From Acaryochloris marina MBIC11017 (GTDB lineage: Bacteria > Cyanobacteriota > Cyanobacteriia > Thermosynechococcales > Thermosynechococcaceae): a stretch of 32,000 nucleotides of DNA. The notes beneath the pieces are model-generated. The model was not told the origin of the DNA. It ran no database searches and was given only the letters and a program-made list of their open reading frames with translations. The translations under genes were made by a program, and so were the position numbers. The stretch spans positions 4,380,001 through 4,412,000 of the forward strand of contig NC_009925.1 in the NCBI RefSeq assembly GCF_000018105.1, given 5' to 3'. Shown piece after piece: positions 8,751 to 18,772 of this stretch. The number at the start of each line of letters is the position of its first letter. The stretch's first letter is position 1.

Positions 8751-9662
8751 TTAGGAAAAAAGAGCAGAAATTTTAGCTTGCATTTGTTCTGTTTCACTAT
8801 GGGTAGATGCATTGCCCGTTTCTTTTACTAAGGATTCCCCAATTAAGACCGCACCTGCCCCTGCCTGCTTGACTTGGGCCAGGTCTGCGGAGGTATGTAA
8901 ACCTGACTCACTGACCACTAAGATATCTTGGTCTTGAAGAGAGGTTCCCTGCTGAGCCAGTAATTGGCAGGTGACCTCTAAATCGACTGTAAACGTCTCT
9001 AAATCCCGGTTATTGATACCGATAAGCTCAATTCCAGGAATATCCATGACTCTCTCTAACTCTGGGAGGGTATGCACCTCAACTAAGGCAGTCATCCCTA
9101 AAGATTTAATAATCTTGAGAAAATAGGTGAGGTCTTGATCGCTCAAAATGGCGGCAATCAGCAAAACTGCATCTGCTCCCCGAGATCGCGCTAGATAAAT
9201 TTGGTAGGGATAGATCACAAATTCTTTGCAAAGCAAGGGAAGGCTGACGGCGGCACGAATCTGTTGTAAATAATCAAAGCTGCCCTGGAAAAATTCTGCA
9301 TCTGTCAATACCGATAGACACGAAGCCCCAGCGGCTTCATAGGCCTGAGCAATGGCAACAGGATCGAAGTTTTCCCGCAGCACGCCTTTGCTGGGCGATG
9401 CTTTTTTGACTTCAGCAATTAGGGCAGGCTGGGTCTTGCCATGCTTTAACGCATCCAGGAAGGATAGGGGGGGCTCACAATTGGCAACTTGCTTGCGTAA
9501 ATCTAGAAGGGAGACAGAGTCCCGCATCTGCTCGACTTCCGTTTCTTTGAACCAAACAATCTTTTCTAGGATATTGCGAGGTTCATTTTCAGGGGTTTTA
9601 ACCTGATATTGTAACTCTTGAACATTAACGGCCACACTGGGGGGACGACGGCGAATTTGCAT
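8751..9662 (-). CDS. trpC: Indole-3-glycerol phosphate synthase
   Basis: [62 protein letters not shown] and VSESG are TrpC signatures. The ORF opens at TTG 9671. I chose ATG 9662 (MQIRRRP...). Confidence 0.9.
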   Translation of the reverse strand: MQIRRRPPSVAVNVQELQYQVKTPENEPRNILEKIVWFKETEVEQMRDSVSLLDLRKQVANCEPPLSFLDALKHGKTQPALIAEVKKASPSKGVLRENFDPVAIAQAYEAAGASCLSVLTDAEFFQGSFDYLQQIRAAVSLPLLCKEFVIYPYQIYLARSRGADAVLLIAAILSDQDLTYFLKIIKSLGMTALVEVHTLPELERVMDIPGIELIGINNRDLETFTVDLEVTCQLLAQQGTSLQDQDILVVSESGLHTSADLAQVKQAGAGAVLIGESLVKETGNASTHSETEQMQAKISALFS

Positions 9663-9750
9663 GGAGACCAAAACAGCTAGGGTCCAACAATTATAACGAT
9701 TTAAGCACCCCCCTTACTGTTCCAGGGCTTTTAGCGAGAACAGATTGCCA

Positions 9751-11190
9751 TCAATGGGCGAAGCCTGTGGCTGCTCGCTTGAAGGCCTCATCGATCACTT
9801 CAGAAATGGTCGGATGGGTATGTACCAAATGGCTTAAGCTCTGGACTGGTTGCCCTTGAGCAACGGCATTAGAGACTTCATGAATCAGATCGGCGGCATG
9901 GAGACCAATAATATGCCCCCCTAAAATCTCCCCTGTGTCTTCACGGTAGATTAATTTGGCGAGGCCATCTGCCTCACTTTCTGCCAGGGCTTTGGAATTG
10001 GCCTTGAAATAGGACCGGACTGTGTTTATTTTAAATCCTTCCGTTTTGGCCAACTCTTTGGCTTGGGGTTCCGTTAAACCGACAAAACTAATTTCAGGAT
10101 GGGTGAAAGCAGCGGCAGGAATACTGCGGTAATTAACATCCCGAGGACGTTCGCAAATATTCTCCACGACTACAATTCCTTGGGCAGAAGCGGCATGAGC
10201 CAGCATCATTTTGCCCGTGGCATCACCAATGGCATAGACGTGGGGGACCACTTCTCCTTGGCTCAACACCTGCATCCGATCGTTGACGGGGATAAAGCCT
10301 CGTCGATCCGTATCGACACTAATGGCCTCTAGTCCCAAATTATCCGTGGCTGGAATTCGCCCGGTTGCCACTAAGCAAGCATCTACTTCTAAGACCTCAA
10401 CCACTTCTTTGGTCTTGACATCCGCTAGCTCAATCACAACGGGAGAACCGGGGGTCACCTTCTTAGCTAAGCGACCCGCATGGGTGTCAATATCTCGCGG
10501 ATCGATTAAAACGCGTTTGGCAATTTTGGCAATATCCGGGTCAAAGGTGGGCATTAACGTATCGAGAGCTTCGATAATCGTCACTTCACTGCCCAAGGCG
10601 GTGTAGACATCGGAAAATTCGAGGCCAATATAGCCGCTACCGATAATCGCGACCCAATCAGGGAGCCAAGACAAACGAATGGCATCGTCACTGGTAAAGA
10701 CGGTTCGGCCATCAATTTCGATTCCTGGGGGAACCCACGGTACTGAACCACTGGCGATGATAATGTCACGGGAAGTAATGGTCTGCTCACCTGCGTCGGA
10801 CTTGACGACCACTTTTTGGTTACCGATGACTTTGCCCCAGCCGTGAATAATCTCGACTTTTAGGCGAGTGAGGCTATTGGTGAGATTGCCGCGAATGGTA
10901 TCGACAAGGTTATCAGCATGGGCCGCAATTTGGCCCCGGTCGAAGTTCACTTGACCCAGTTGAATGCCTAGGGATTGCAGATGATGTTGATCGCGGAGTT
11001 CGCGCACCCGTCCGGACGCTGCTAACAAGGCTTTAGAGGGGATGCAGCCCCGATTTACACAGGTACCTCCCATATCTGCAGCTTCAATAATGGCAGTTTT
11101 CAGACCACAGTCTACTGCATGCAAAGCCGCACCATGACCGCCAACACCAGCGCCAATAATTACCAGGTCATAGTCAAATTGTTGGGTCAC
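9751..11190 (-). CDS. lpdA: Dihydrolipoyl dehydrogenase (E3)
   Basis: FAD fold [15 protein letters not shown], redox disulfide [16 protein letters not shown] fold [11 protein letters not shown] and C-terminal HTHPTISE. The ORF opens at 11214. GTG 11190 (VTQQFDYD) has GGGAGAG upstream and matches the usual N-terminus length. Confidence 0.9.
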   Translation of the reverse strand: MTQQFDYDLVIIGAGVGGHGAALHAVDCGLKTAIIEAADMGGTCVNRGCIPSKALLAASGRVRELRDQHHLQSLGIQLGQVNFDRGQIAAHADNLVDTIRGNLTNSLTRLKVEIIHGWGKVIGNQKVVVKSDAGEQTITSRDIIIASGSVPWVPPGIEIDGRTVFTSDDAIRLSWLPDWVAIIGSGYIGLEFSDVYTALGSEVTIIEALDTLMPTFDPDIAKIAKRVLIDPRDIDTHAGRLAKKVTPGSPVVIELADVKTKEVVEVLEVDACLVATGRIPATDNLGLEAISVDTDRRGFIPVNDRMQVLSQGEVVPHVYAIGDATGKMMLAHAASAQGIVVVENICERPRDVNYRSIPAAAFTHPEISFVGLTEPQAKELAKTEGFKINTVRSYFKANSKALAESEADGLAKLIYREDTGEILGGHIIGLHAADLIHEVSNAVAQGQPVQSLSHLVHTHPTISEVIDEAFKRAATGFAH

Positions 11191-11222
11191 GTTGCTCTCC
11201 CGATCAGGAATCAATTCGGCGG

Positions 11223-11244
11223 GTTAGATGATTATTCATCTAAC
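11223..11244. other. Perfect 9-bp-stem hairpin/palindrome between the M50-TPR gene and lpdA
   Basis: GTTAGATGA-ttat-TCATCTAAC. AT-rich stem, 4-nt loop and no flanking U-tract on the minus (transcribed) strand. Confidence 0.35.
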
Positions 11245-11297
11245 TTACATTCCCTATTGTTCACTGGAGCCGGGGCTTTAAGCAAGCGGGTGAGCGC

Positions 11298-12653
11298 TCA
11301 TGGGGTTAAAATCTGCAAACGTCGGTCAATCTTGCAGGTATGGGTTTGATCTGCAATAGCGGCAAACAGGGTATGCGCCTGCTTGAAATCCGCAATGGCG
11401 GCCTGACGATTGCCGTTCAACACTTGGGCACTGGCCCGATTGAAATAAGCCCGGGCATGGTCGGGATCTCGTTTAAGAATTTCGGAGTATTCCATAATCG
11501 CCCCCTGAAAATCCCCTAGAGCAAAGTGGGCATTGCCCTTACCAAAATAGATCTCTAGGACGTCGGTTTTCAGATGGAGAGCTGCCTGAAAATCACTGAG
11601 GGCCGCTTGCTTTTTCCCCAGTTGTAGGTAAGCATTGCCTCGATTGTGGAGTGCAGAGGCATTATTGGGGGCTTTCTCCAGAATGGCATTGAAAGATGCG
11701 ATCGCATTTTGTAACCGCATTTCTTGGGTGGAGTCTAACCCTTGCTGGAATTGCTGATCTGGTTCAGTCACCGACAAGAACTCCGCATTTAAATAATTGA
11801 AGTCTAAAGGTCGGATAGCGGGCTTTGTAGCGGTCGATCGGGCTGGTGGGGCAGGAGAACGGGAGGCGGCCGTTGTCGGGATATTCGCTGTGGCCGTTGC
11901 CAATGGCCTAGGGGGCCGCTGCTCCACCGAGAGAGGCAAAAACTCTCCCTCAAAAAGGAGGTATCTGAGGCAAGTCATGAGTCCCAAGTACAGCATCCAT
12001 ACCCCTAAAAAAGGCCGATTACCATACCAGATCAAACCCAGGGCAATCGCTGCGCCACCTGCAATATAAGCCCCGTAGACATCATGGCCCGCTAGGGGAT
12101 GTTGCTTGCGGGTCCACTCCCACTGCAGCCCCCTGAAAATATAGCCACCATTCAGGGGCACGAGGGGGACCAGAGAAAACATGGCTAGGACGAAGTTAAA
12201 TTCTTTGATGTGATTCAAAGAAATAATCGCCGTCCCTCCCAGGTTCAAGGATAAGTTGCCGAGTAGATTGAGGCCTGCATATAAGATAAAGTTCACCAGG
12301 GTTCCTGCAAAGTAAACTTCTAGCATTTGCAAGGGATGGGCAAAGGTCTGATCGGTCTTAGCGACGGATCCCAGCCCCCGAATGTAAACCCCTTGGACCG
12401 AGATTTGATAATGCTTCGCTGCCAGGGCTCGACTCATCTCATGGATAAAGATGGAGAGGGGTAGGGCAAAGCTGACAATGACGCCGATAGCTAGACCCAA
12501 TTCGGGGTGAAAGGCTTGACTCATCCGAGCCAAATACATCGACCCAAGGGCAATCGCAACTAAGCAAGTCAGATCTGCATAAAGGGGAATACCTGCAACG
12601 GCTCCAATTCGCCAGGGGTGAATGAATAGGTGCAGGATTTTTCGGATGTTCAC
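11298..12653 (-). CDS. Peptidase-M50 (site-2 protease)-like membrane domain with degenerate metal-binding motifs, fused to C-terminal TPR repeats
   Basis: The N-terminal half has M50-like topology (WRIGAVAGIPLYADL..., FIHEMSRALAAK, LVPLVPLNGGYIF). A P/A/T-rich linker follows (RPPRPLATATANIPTTAASRSPAPPARSTATKP). It ends in about 4 TPR units (ALHNRGNAYLQLGKKQAALSDFQAAL, YFGKGNAHFALGDFQGAIMEYSEIL, AYFNRASAQVLNGNRQAAIADF). GTG start at 12653. Confidence 0.75.
   Translation of the reverse strand: MNIRKILHLFIHPWRIGAVAGIPLYADLTCLVAIALGSMYLARMSQAFHPELGLAIGVIVSFALPLSIFIHEMSRALAAKHYQISVQGVYIRGLGSVAKTDQTFAHPLQMLEVYFAGTLVNFILYAGLNLLGNLSLNLGGTAIISLNHIKEFNFVLAMFSLVPLVPLNGGYIFRGLQWEWTRKQHPLAGHDVYGAYIAGGAAIALGLIWYGNRPFLGVWMLYLGLMTCLRYLLFEGEFLPLSVEQRPPRPLATATANIPTTAASRSPAPPARSTATKPAIRPLDFNYLNAEFLSVTEPDQQFQQGLDSTQEMRLQNAIASFNAILEKAPNNASALHNRGNAYLQLGKKQAALSDFQAALHLKTDVLEIYFGKGNAHFALGDFQGAIMEYSEILKRDPDHARAYFNRASAQVLNGNRQAAIADFKQAHTLFAAIADQTHTCKIDRRLQILTP
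11698..11705. repeat. HIP1 octamer GCGATCGC
   Basis: Exact palindromic octamer. Confidence 0.95.
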
Positions 12654-12693
12654 GCTGTGATAGGCAAGTCAATAAAACAGCGATACGCTAGAT

Positions 12694-12701
12694 GCGATCG
12701 C
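12694..12701. repeat. HIP1 octamer GCGATCGC
   Basis: Exact palindromic octamer (intergenic, STAS / M50-TPR). Confidence 0.95.
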
Positions 12702-12771
12702 TGAGGGGTATGCATAGATGTCATGGAACCAAGCTCAGGTGCTCTATGGCTTGATTTGCAACAAAATTGAC

Positions 12772-13095
12772 CTAATTGGCTGTAACCGCAAACTTTTGCT
12801 CAAATTCTTGGCGGTCAGCACAAATTTTGAAAATCTGGTCCATTTTGGTCAATTCAAAAATAATGCGCACCTGATCGTTCAGGGAGCATAGAAACATTTC
12901 GCCACCTCCAGCACGAACTGCTTTGAGCGTTGCGACTAAAGCGCCAATCGCCGAACTGTTCATGAAGGTAACGTCTTGCAAATCTACGAGGATGGTTTTG
13001 ACGCCTTCGGTCATCACATCAGTGATTTCGCGGCGCAACTGATTAGCACTGATTCCATCTAGTAGTTCTGTGGGTTGGACAACTTTATGGCTCAT
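12772..13095 (-). CDS. STAS-domain anti-sigma-factor antagonist (SpoIIAA/RsbV-like)
   Basis: 107 aa. ILVDLQDVTFMNSSAIGALV contains the conserved phosphorylatable Ser context. The C-terminal segment LNDQVRIIFELTKMDQIF is typical of the STAS fold. Confidence 0.85.
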   Translation of the reverse strand: MSHKVVQPTELLDGISANQLRREITDVMTEGVKTILVDLQDVTFMNSSAIGALVATLKAVRAGGGEMFLCSLNDQVRIIFELTKMDQIFKICADRQEFEQKFAVTAN

Positions 13096-13416
13096 CTCTG
13101 GTGAACTCCTCGTTCAGTTCTGTATGGATTTGGTTAGGGATTGGGCAAACTGGATAGACCGACCAGTCGCCCGAAATCAGGCGTTGTATACTCAGAATTC
13201 CCCATTCTTGAACCAAGGGAACATCCGGGTCCTAAATTTCAAAACCCCGGGCCGATTTTGTAGAGATACTGATAATTGAAAGCCAGGCTTGCGATTGGTT
13301 TGGGTCTGTCATTCGTCAGTGATAAATGGTCGAAAATGGTGCGTAATATCTTTGTTGAAAGAATGAAGAGTTGCTGAGTAAATGATTTGTAAACTAGGCT
13401 TGAAGAGACAGAATTA

Positions 13417-13439
13417 ATTTACCTACTCTGAAGGTAAAT
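13417..13439 (+). promoter_or_regulatory. AT-rich hairpin covering the putative SD of ftsH
   Basis: ATTTACCT-actctga-AGGTAAAT (8-bp stem). The 3' arm contains the AAGG/AGG that lies 8-11 nt upstream of GTG 13443. Confidence 0.3.
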
Positions 13440-13442
13440 CCA

Positions 13443-15380
13443 GTGCCCCCCACAAATGCTAAAAGATACGCCAGCATGAACCAAAAATTAGGCCAACGCA
13501 GATGGGTCAGACAGCTCTCCGCACTCGTGGTAGGTGTTGTCCTGTCCCAGCCTCTACCGGTATTGGCTGAGTCTAAAGACGAAAACGTATCCTACAGCGA
13601 CTTTATTGAGCATATCGAGGCTCGTAGGATTAAGACTGCCAAGATCTACGAAAAACAACGGATTGCCGAATTCAAGCTCAAAGGCCAGCCCGAAGACGCT
13701 GAGTATTCCAAAGTCATTTTGTTTGATAAGGATCCAGAGTTATTCAGCATCCTGCGCGAGAACAAGGTTGACTTTGAACAAGTCCCTGATCCAGGGGAAA
13801 ACCCCCTATTGGGCATCTTGTCTCAATTTCTGCTCTTTATCTTTATTATTTTTCTGTTTCTTGTATTCTTACGGCGAACAGCCGGATCGAGCAGTGGTCC
13901 AGGCCAGATTCTTAACTTTGGCAAATCCAAAGCGCGGTTCCAGATGGAATCTGAAACCGGTGTCACCTTTGTAGATGTGGCCGGGATCGAAGAAGCTAAG
14001 GAAGAACTCCAAGAAGTAGTGACCTTCTTAAAGCAGCCCGAACGATTTACGGCGGTGGGGGCTCGCATTCCCAGGGGCGTGTTGCTGATTGGTCCTCCTG
14101 GAACGGGGAAAACTCTGTTAGCTAAAGCGATTTCTGGAGAGGCAGGGGTGCCTTTCTTCAGTATTTCTGGCTCCGAATTTGTGGAGATGTTTGTTGGGGT
14201 CGGAGCCTCTCGGGTCCGCGATCTGTTCAAAAAGGCAAAAGAGAATGCCCCGTGCTTAGTCTTTATCGACGAAATTGATGCGGTCGGTCGCCAGCGAGGT
14301 GCTGGGATTGGCGGGGGCAATGATGAACGGGAACAGACCCTCAACCAGTTGCTGACCGAAATGGATGGTTTTGAGGGGAATACCGGCATCATTATTATTG
14401 CCGCCACTAACCGTCCAGATATTCTCGATACCGCTCTTTTGCGTCCCGGTCGTTTTGATCGACAAGTCACGGTGGATTTACCGGCCTTTAAAGGCCGACT
14501 CGGTATTCTAGAAGTCCATAGCCGGGAGAAGAAAATGTCTCCCCAGGTCTCCCTCGAAGCGATTGCTCGTCGTACTCCAGGGTTCTCTGGCGCGGCGTTG
14601 GCGAACCTCTTGAATGAGGCGGCAATCTTAACGGCTCGGCGTCGGAAGGATGCCATCACTGAGCTAGAAGTGGATGATGCTATTGATCGGATCACCATTG
14701 GCTTGGCAATGGCTCCCCATTTAGACAGTAAAAAGAAATGGCTGATTGCCTACCATGAAGTAGGTCATGCCTTGTTAGAAACCCTGTTAAAGGATGCTGA
14801 CCCCCTCAATAAAGTGACCATCTTGCCTCGTTCGGGGGGGATCGGTGGCTTCTCTCAACCCATTTATAACGAAGAGCGGGTAGATAGTGGCTTATACACC
14901 CGGGCTTTTATTATTGATCAAATCACCATTTTGCTGGGAGGACGGGCTGCTGAGGTAGAAGTCTTTGGCGATGCCGAAGTCACTATTGGTGCGAGTAGCG
15001 ATATTAAGCAAGTGGCGAGTCTAACTCGGGAAATGGTCACTCAGTTGGGCATGTCTGACCTCGGCTACGTCGCACTTGAAAGCGGCAACGGGGGAGATGT
15101 CTTTTTAGGTGGCGACTGGGGAAATCGGGCTGAATATTCCCAGGAAATGGCCGTCCAAATTGACCGCCAAGTTCGAGATATTGTCATGTACTGCTACGAA
15201 AAAGCGCGACGCATGCTCCGCGAAAATCGTAGTTTAGTCGACAAACTGGTAGAAGTGCTGCTGGAGCGGGAAACCATCGAAGGAGATGAATTCCGTCAAA
15301 TCGTAGTGGATTATGGTCAGGCGGTAGACAAGAAGCCTATTCTGCCCGAGCCATTGCCGTCGTTACCGATCTTGTCCTAA
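13443..15380 (+). CDS. ftsH: ATP-dependent zinc metalloprotease FtsH
   Basis: Walker A GPPGTGKT, Walker [31 protein letters not shown] and zinc site HEVGHAL. Two N-terminal TM segments. GTG 13443 has an SD-like AAGG. The alternative ATG 13476 has none. Confidence 0.95.
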   Translation: MPPTNAKRYASMNQKLGQRRWVRQLSALVVGVVLSQPLPVLAESKDENVSYSDFIEHIEARRIKTAKIYEKQRIAEFKLKGQPEDAEYSKVILFDKDPELFSILRENKVDFEQVPDPGENPLLGILSQFLLFIFIIFLFLVFLRRTAGSSSGPGQILNFGKSKARFQMESETGVTFVDVAGIEEAKEELQEVVTFLKQPERFTAVGARIPRGVLLIGPPGTGKTLLAKAISGEAGVPFFSISGSEFVEMFVGVGASRVRDLFKKAKENAPCLVFIDEIDAVGRQRGAGIGGGNDEREQTLNQLLTEMDGFEGNTGIIIIAATNRPDILDTALLRPGRFDRQVTVDLPAFKGRLGILEVHSREKKMSPQVSLEAIARRTPGFSGAALANLLNEAAILTARRRKDAITELEVDDAIDRITIGLAMAPHLDSKKKWLIAYHEVGHALLETLLKDADPLNKVTILPRSGGIGGFSQPIYNEERVDSGLYTRAFIIDQITILLGGRAAEVEVFGDAEVTIGASSDIKQVASLTREMVTQLGMSDLGYVALESGNGGDVFLGGDWGNRAEYSQEMAVQIDRQVRDIVMYCYEKARRMLRENRSLVDKLVEVLLERETIEGDEFRQIVVDYGQAVDKKPILPEPLPSLPILS

Positions 15381-15391
15381 CCACTGCCGGG

Positions 15392-16126
15392 GTGTTGAGG
15401 CGTGTGAGTGCTCGCTCTGCATATTTGCTGGTGGCCCATGGGAGTCGTGATCCGCGATCGCAAGCGGCTCTGCACCAATTGGGCCACCAGGTGAAACAGG
15501 CTTTGCAGTCTCGAGGAGACCAGTCTCCATGGGTCAAGACGGCTACTTTGGAATTTGGCTCTGTTCCCCTGAAACAGCAAATTTGTCATTGGGGACAGCA
15601 GCTCACCCACATTGATCAACTCGTGATTTTGCCGCTATTCCTGTTACCTGGCACCCATGTCAGAGTGGATATCCCTGACGTGGTGACGACGGTGCGCCAG
15701 TTTTTACCGCAGTCATTAGAGATTGAGGTGCGATCGCATCTAGGTAGCCATCCAAACCTTTGCCAAATCCTACGGGCTACCATGGCCGACACGGATGTGG
15801 ATCGCTGGATTCTGCTGTCCCATGGCAGTCGATATCCAGGAGGGAACCAACCGGTTGAGACCCTGGCCCAACAACTAGATGCAGCGCCAGCCTACTGGTC
15901 CGTGTCTCCGAGTTTGCGACAAACGGTGACTCAAATGGCGGCTCAACCTGGGTTGAAGGTGGGTGTAAAGCCCTATTTTTTGTTTACGGGCAGTATCATA
16001 GACACCATTTCCCAGGAGGTTGATCAGCTAAAATGTGATTTTAAGCACATAAATTTAACTTTTTCTTCACCTTTAGAACCCAGTGCTCCTCTCGTTCATT
16101 TAATTCAAGAGTTAATAACTGCCTGA
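15392..16126 (+). CDS. cbiX: Sirohydrochlorin chelatase, CbiX/SirB family (two-lobed long form)
   Basis: Duplicated LLVAHGSRDP / LLSHGSRYPG motifs and LPLFLLPGTHV. It starts 11 nt after the ftsH stop. GTG 15392, TTG 15395 and GTG 15404 are all possible starts. Confidence 0.8.
   Translation: MLRRVSARSAYLLVAHGSRDPRSQAALHQLGHQVKQALQSRGDQSPWVKTATLEFGSVPLKQQICHWGQQLTHIDQLVILPLFLLPGTHVRVDIPDVVTTVRQFLPQSLEIEVRSHLGSHPNLCQILRATMADTDVDRWILLSHGSRYPGGNQPVETLAQQLDAAPAYWSVSPSLRQTVTQMAAQPGLKVGVKPYFLFTGSIIDTISQEVDQLKCDFKHINLTFSSPLEPSAPLVHLIQELITA
15454..15461. repeat. HIP1 octamer GCGATCGC
   Basis: Exact palindromic octamer. Confidence 0.95.
15730..15737. repeat. HIP1 octamer GCGATCGC
   Basis: Exact palindromic octamer. 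Confidence 0.95.
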
Positions 16127-16154
16127 TTGTTTTACCCTCTTTTTCAGGTTGTCT

Positions 16155-16952
16155 ATGACCACTGATTTTCCCCAGCCGCCAGCCACTTGTTTTGGGAAAG
16201 TATATCTTGTGGGAGCGGGACCCGGTGACCCCGGATTACTCACGCTCAAAGGTAAGACACTTCTAGAATGTGCTGATGTGGTGATCTATGATGCCCTCGT
16301 TAGCCCAGAAATTCTGGCTATGATTGGTGATCAAGCCGAGAAGATTCATGCCGGTAAACGTCGCGGGCAGCATTCTCTGTTACAAGCAGAAACTACCCAG
16401 TTGCTGATTGATAAAGCCCAAACCCATGCCGTCGTCGTCCGACTCAAGGGGGGAGACCCCTTTGTCTTTGGCCGGGGAGGAGAAGAAATGGAAGATTTAA
16501 TCCAAGCAGGGGTTTCTGTAGAAATTATTCCAGGGATTACAGCGGGTATTGCGGCACCTGCCTATGCCGGTATTCCGGTCACCCATCGCAACTACAGTTC
16601 CTCCGTTACCTTTGTGACTGGCCATGAACCGATCGACAAATATCGACCTCGGGTCAATTGGCGAGCCATGGCGGAGGCATCCGAAACCCTGGTGATTTAT
16701 ATGGGGGTGCATAATCTGTCCCATATTTTGTCTGAACTGGACGCGGCAGGAAAAGACCCAGATACCCCCATTGCATTAGTTCGTTGGGGGACTCGCCCCG
16801 ATCAAGAAGAACTCGTGGGGACCTTGGCCACCATTCTCAGCCAAATGGAAGCGGCTCAATTTGAGGCTCCGGCTGTGGCCGTCATTGGAAATGTGGTCAA
16901 TCTTCATCCCCTATTGGCCGAGAGTCGCCCAAAGGTAATTCCTAGGCAGTAG
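16155..16952 (+). CDS. cobA: Uroporphyrinogen-III C-methyltransferase (SUMT)
   Basis: VYLVGAGPGDPGLLTLKG, VVIYDALV, VVRLKGGDPFVFGRGGEE and IPGITAG. The ORF opens at TTG 16149. I chose ATG 16155. Confidence 0.9.
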   Translation: MTTDFPQPPATCFGKVYLVGAGPGDPGLLTLKGKTLLECADVVIYDALVSPEILAMIGDQAEKIHAGKRRGQHSLLQAETTQLLIDKAQTHAVVVRLKGGDPFVFGRGGEEMEDLIQAGVSVEIIPGITAGIAAPAYAGIPVTHRNYSSSVTFVTGHEPIDKYRPRVNWRAMAEASETLVIYMGVHNLSHILSELDAAGKDPDTPIALVRWGTRPDQEELVGTLATILSQMEAAQFEAPAVAVIGNVVNLHPLLAESRPKVIPRQ

Positions 16953-16970
16953 AGTATTAAACGACCGCTA

Positions 16971-17708
16971 TTGCAGGCTGGTGTCGTGACGACTGAGATT
17001 GCTCAACGAATTATTGTGCCGTTAGATGTGCCTTCAGAGGCAGATGCGATCGCATTGATCGATCAGATTCCCCAAGTTCAATTTTGGAAAGTCGGTTTAG
17101 AGCTGTTTGTGAGCTGTGGCCCCAGTATCTTAGAGCAGCTTAAACAGCGCCAAAAAAAGGTTTTTCTCGATCTAAAATTTCACGATATTCCCAATACTGT
17201 GGCTGGTGCTTGCCGGTCTGCTGCCACTTATGGCGTGGATCTACTCACGATTCATGCCACAGCAGGTCGTCCTGCCCTCTCTGCTGCGCAACAGGCTTTA
17301 CAAGAAGGCGCTCAATCGGCTCAAACGGCTCCTCCGAAGTTGATTGCGATTACAGTATTGACCAGTCTCTCTCTCCGCGAGCTGGCCTTGGACTTAAAAA
17401 TACCCCTGGAACTTCCCGAGTATGCCTTGCAAATGGGTCTGTTGGCTCAAGAGTCAGGTCTAAATGGGATCGTCTGTTCGCCTCACGAAGCAGAACAAAT
17501 GCGTCAGGTATGCGGGGATGAATTTCTCATCGTTTGTCCAGGCGTGCGCCCTCCAGGATCAGTGACAGGTGATCAAAAACGGGCTATGACACCCACTGCA
17601 GCCATGCAAGCAGGGGCCAACTATTTGGTCATTGGTCGCCCGATCACGACTGCTACTGATCCTCAACAGGCCTTTCAACAGATCTGTACCGATTTAGTTA
17701 GCGCTTGA
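16971..17708 (+). CDS. pyrF: Orotidine 5'-phosphate decarboxylase
   Basis: [26 protein letters not shown] and [12 protein letters not shown] 16971 or GTG 16986 could be the start. Confidence 0.9.
   Translation: MQAGVVTTEIAQRIIVPLDVPSEADAIALIDQIPQVQFWKVGLELFVSCGPSILEQLKQRQKKVFLDLKFHDIPNTVAGACRSAATYGVDLLTIHATAGRPALSAAQQALQEGAQSAQTAPPKLIAITVLTSLSLRELALDLKIPLELPEYALQMGLLAQESGLNGIVCSPHEAEQMRQVCGDEFLIVCPGVRPPGSVTGDQKRAMTPTAAMQAGANYLVIGRPITTATDPQQAFQQICTDLVSA
17046..17053. repeat. HIP1 octamer GCGATCGC
   Basis: Exact palindromic octamer. Confidence 0.95.
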
Positions 17709-17888
17709 TAGCAAAAACGGCTGGCTTCTATCGTGTTTTAGCTGTCAAGCGTCGTCATTACCGATCGGAATTGACTGATGGATGTTAGATGCTCTGTTTG
17801 AGTGTGGGACGAAAGTGGGTGTACTAAACATGAGTGCGAGTGTCGATGCCCATGTCCTGTGATTTAGGGAGCCCGTAATTTCGCGACG

Positions 17889-18620
17889 ATGACCTACAGC
17901 TTAAGGATTTTAGACTTACCCGAAAGCGATCGCCCTCGTGAACGTCTTATTGCCCAAGGGGCTAAATATTTGACTCATGCAGAGTTACTGGCCATACTCC
18001 TCGGGACAGGCCAAGGACCAGGCAAGTTGTCTGCGGTAGGTTTAGGTCAGCATGTTCTGCAGCATTTCAGCGAACATCAGCAAGATCCACTTACGGTTCT
18101 GAGGGATGTCAATGCGTCTGAACTCACCACTATTCAAGGTATAGGTCCTGCGAAGGCGACGACCATCCTGGCTGCAATTGAATTAGGGAAAAGAATTTGC
18201 CAAGCTCGTCCGCCTGAATTGACTGTGATAGATGATCCAGCCGTTGCTGCTGCGGCCTTAGCCGGTGAGTTAATGTGGCAATCTCAAGAACGTTTTGCCG
18301 TACTTCTGCTAGATGTCAAGCATCGGTTACTCGGAACGCAAGTGGTGAGTATTGGCACTGCGACGGAAACCCTAGCCCATCCCCGCGATATTTTTCGAGA
18401 AATTATCCGTAAGGGAGCAACCCGAGCCATTGTGGCCCATAACCATCCATCGGGGCAGACGGATCCTAGCCCTGAAGATCTTGAATTGACTCAGCAGCTG
18501 CTCTCAGGTGCGCAAATTTTAGGCTTACCTTTACTGGATCATCTCATTTTGGGGAACGGTGACTTTACCAGCCTTCGCCAAACGACATCTCTGTGGAACG
18601 ATTGTCCTCAAGACCTATAG
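17889..18620 (+). CDS. radC: RadC-family JAB/MPN-domain protein with N-terminal helix-hairpin-helix
   Basis: [13 protein letters not shown], Hh[13 protein letters not shown] and JAMM-like motif [14 protein letters not shown]. Confidence 0.85.
   Translation: MTYSLRILDLPESDRPRERLIAQGAKYLTHAELLAILLGTGQGPGKLSAVGLGQHVLQHFSEHQQDPLTVLRDVNASELTTIQGIGPAKATTILAAIELGKRICQARPPELTVIDDPAVAAAALAGELMWQSQERFAVLLLDVKHRLLGTQVVSIGTATETLAHPRDIFREIIRKGATRAIVAHNHPSGQTDPSPEDLELTQQLLSGAQILGLPLLDHLILGNGDFTSLRQTTSLWNDCPQDL
17926..17933. repeat. HIP1 octamer GCGATCGC
   Basis: Exact palindromic octamer. Confidence 0.95.
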
Positions 18621-18772
18621 TTCTATATTTCTGCGCCAGTCATAGACTTAAATACCCTCAATTTTCAAGGCACAAAGTCTTTAGAGAATAGGGCTGCCTT
18701 GTACGATATGATGATTGAGGGTCACTACTGGCTTGACTATAGACTATACATTGAACATAAGGATAAGACGCA

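Noticed and set aside
8630-8812. 60-aa minus-strand ORF
   Set aside because: It overlaps the 3' end of trpC in another frame and the start of the 77-aa ORF, and it has no motifs.
13823-14698. 291-aa minus-strand ORF
   Set aside because: It lies entirely antisense to the FtsH AAA+ domain, which has unambiguous Walker A/B and SRH motifs. The translation is R/S/P-rich low complexity with no motifs. This is a typical shadow ORF opposite a GC3-rich gene.
15381-16154. Searched for a cobalamin riboswitch or B12 box ahead of cbiX and cobA
   Set aside because: The gaps are only 11 nt and about 22-28 nt, which leaves no room for a riboswitch. No B12-box-like sequence was seen.
18654-18722. 8-bp inverted repeat ACCCTCAA ... 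TTGAGGGT and tandem GACTATAGACTATA upstream of gap2
   Set aside because: The 53-nt spacer and 8-bp length are within chance expectation. I could not draw a convincing promoter or operator geometry.
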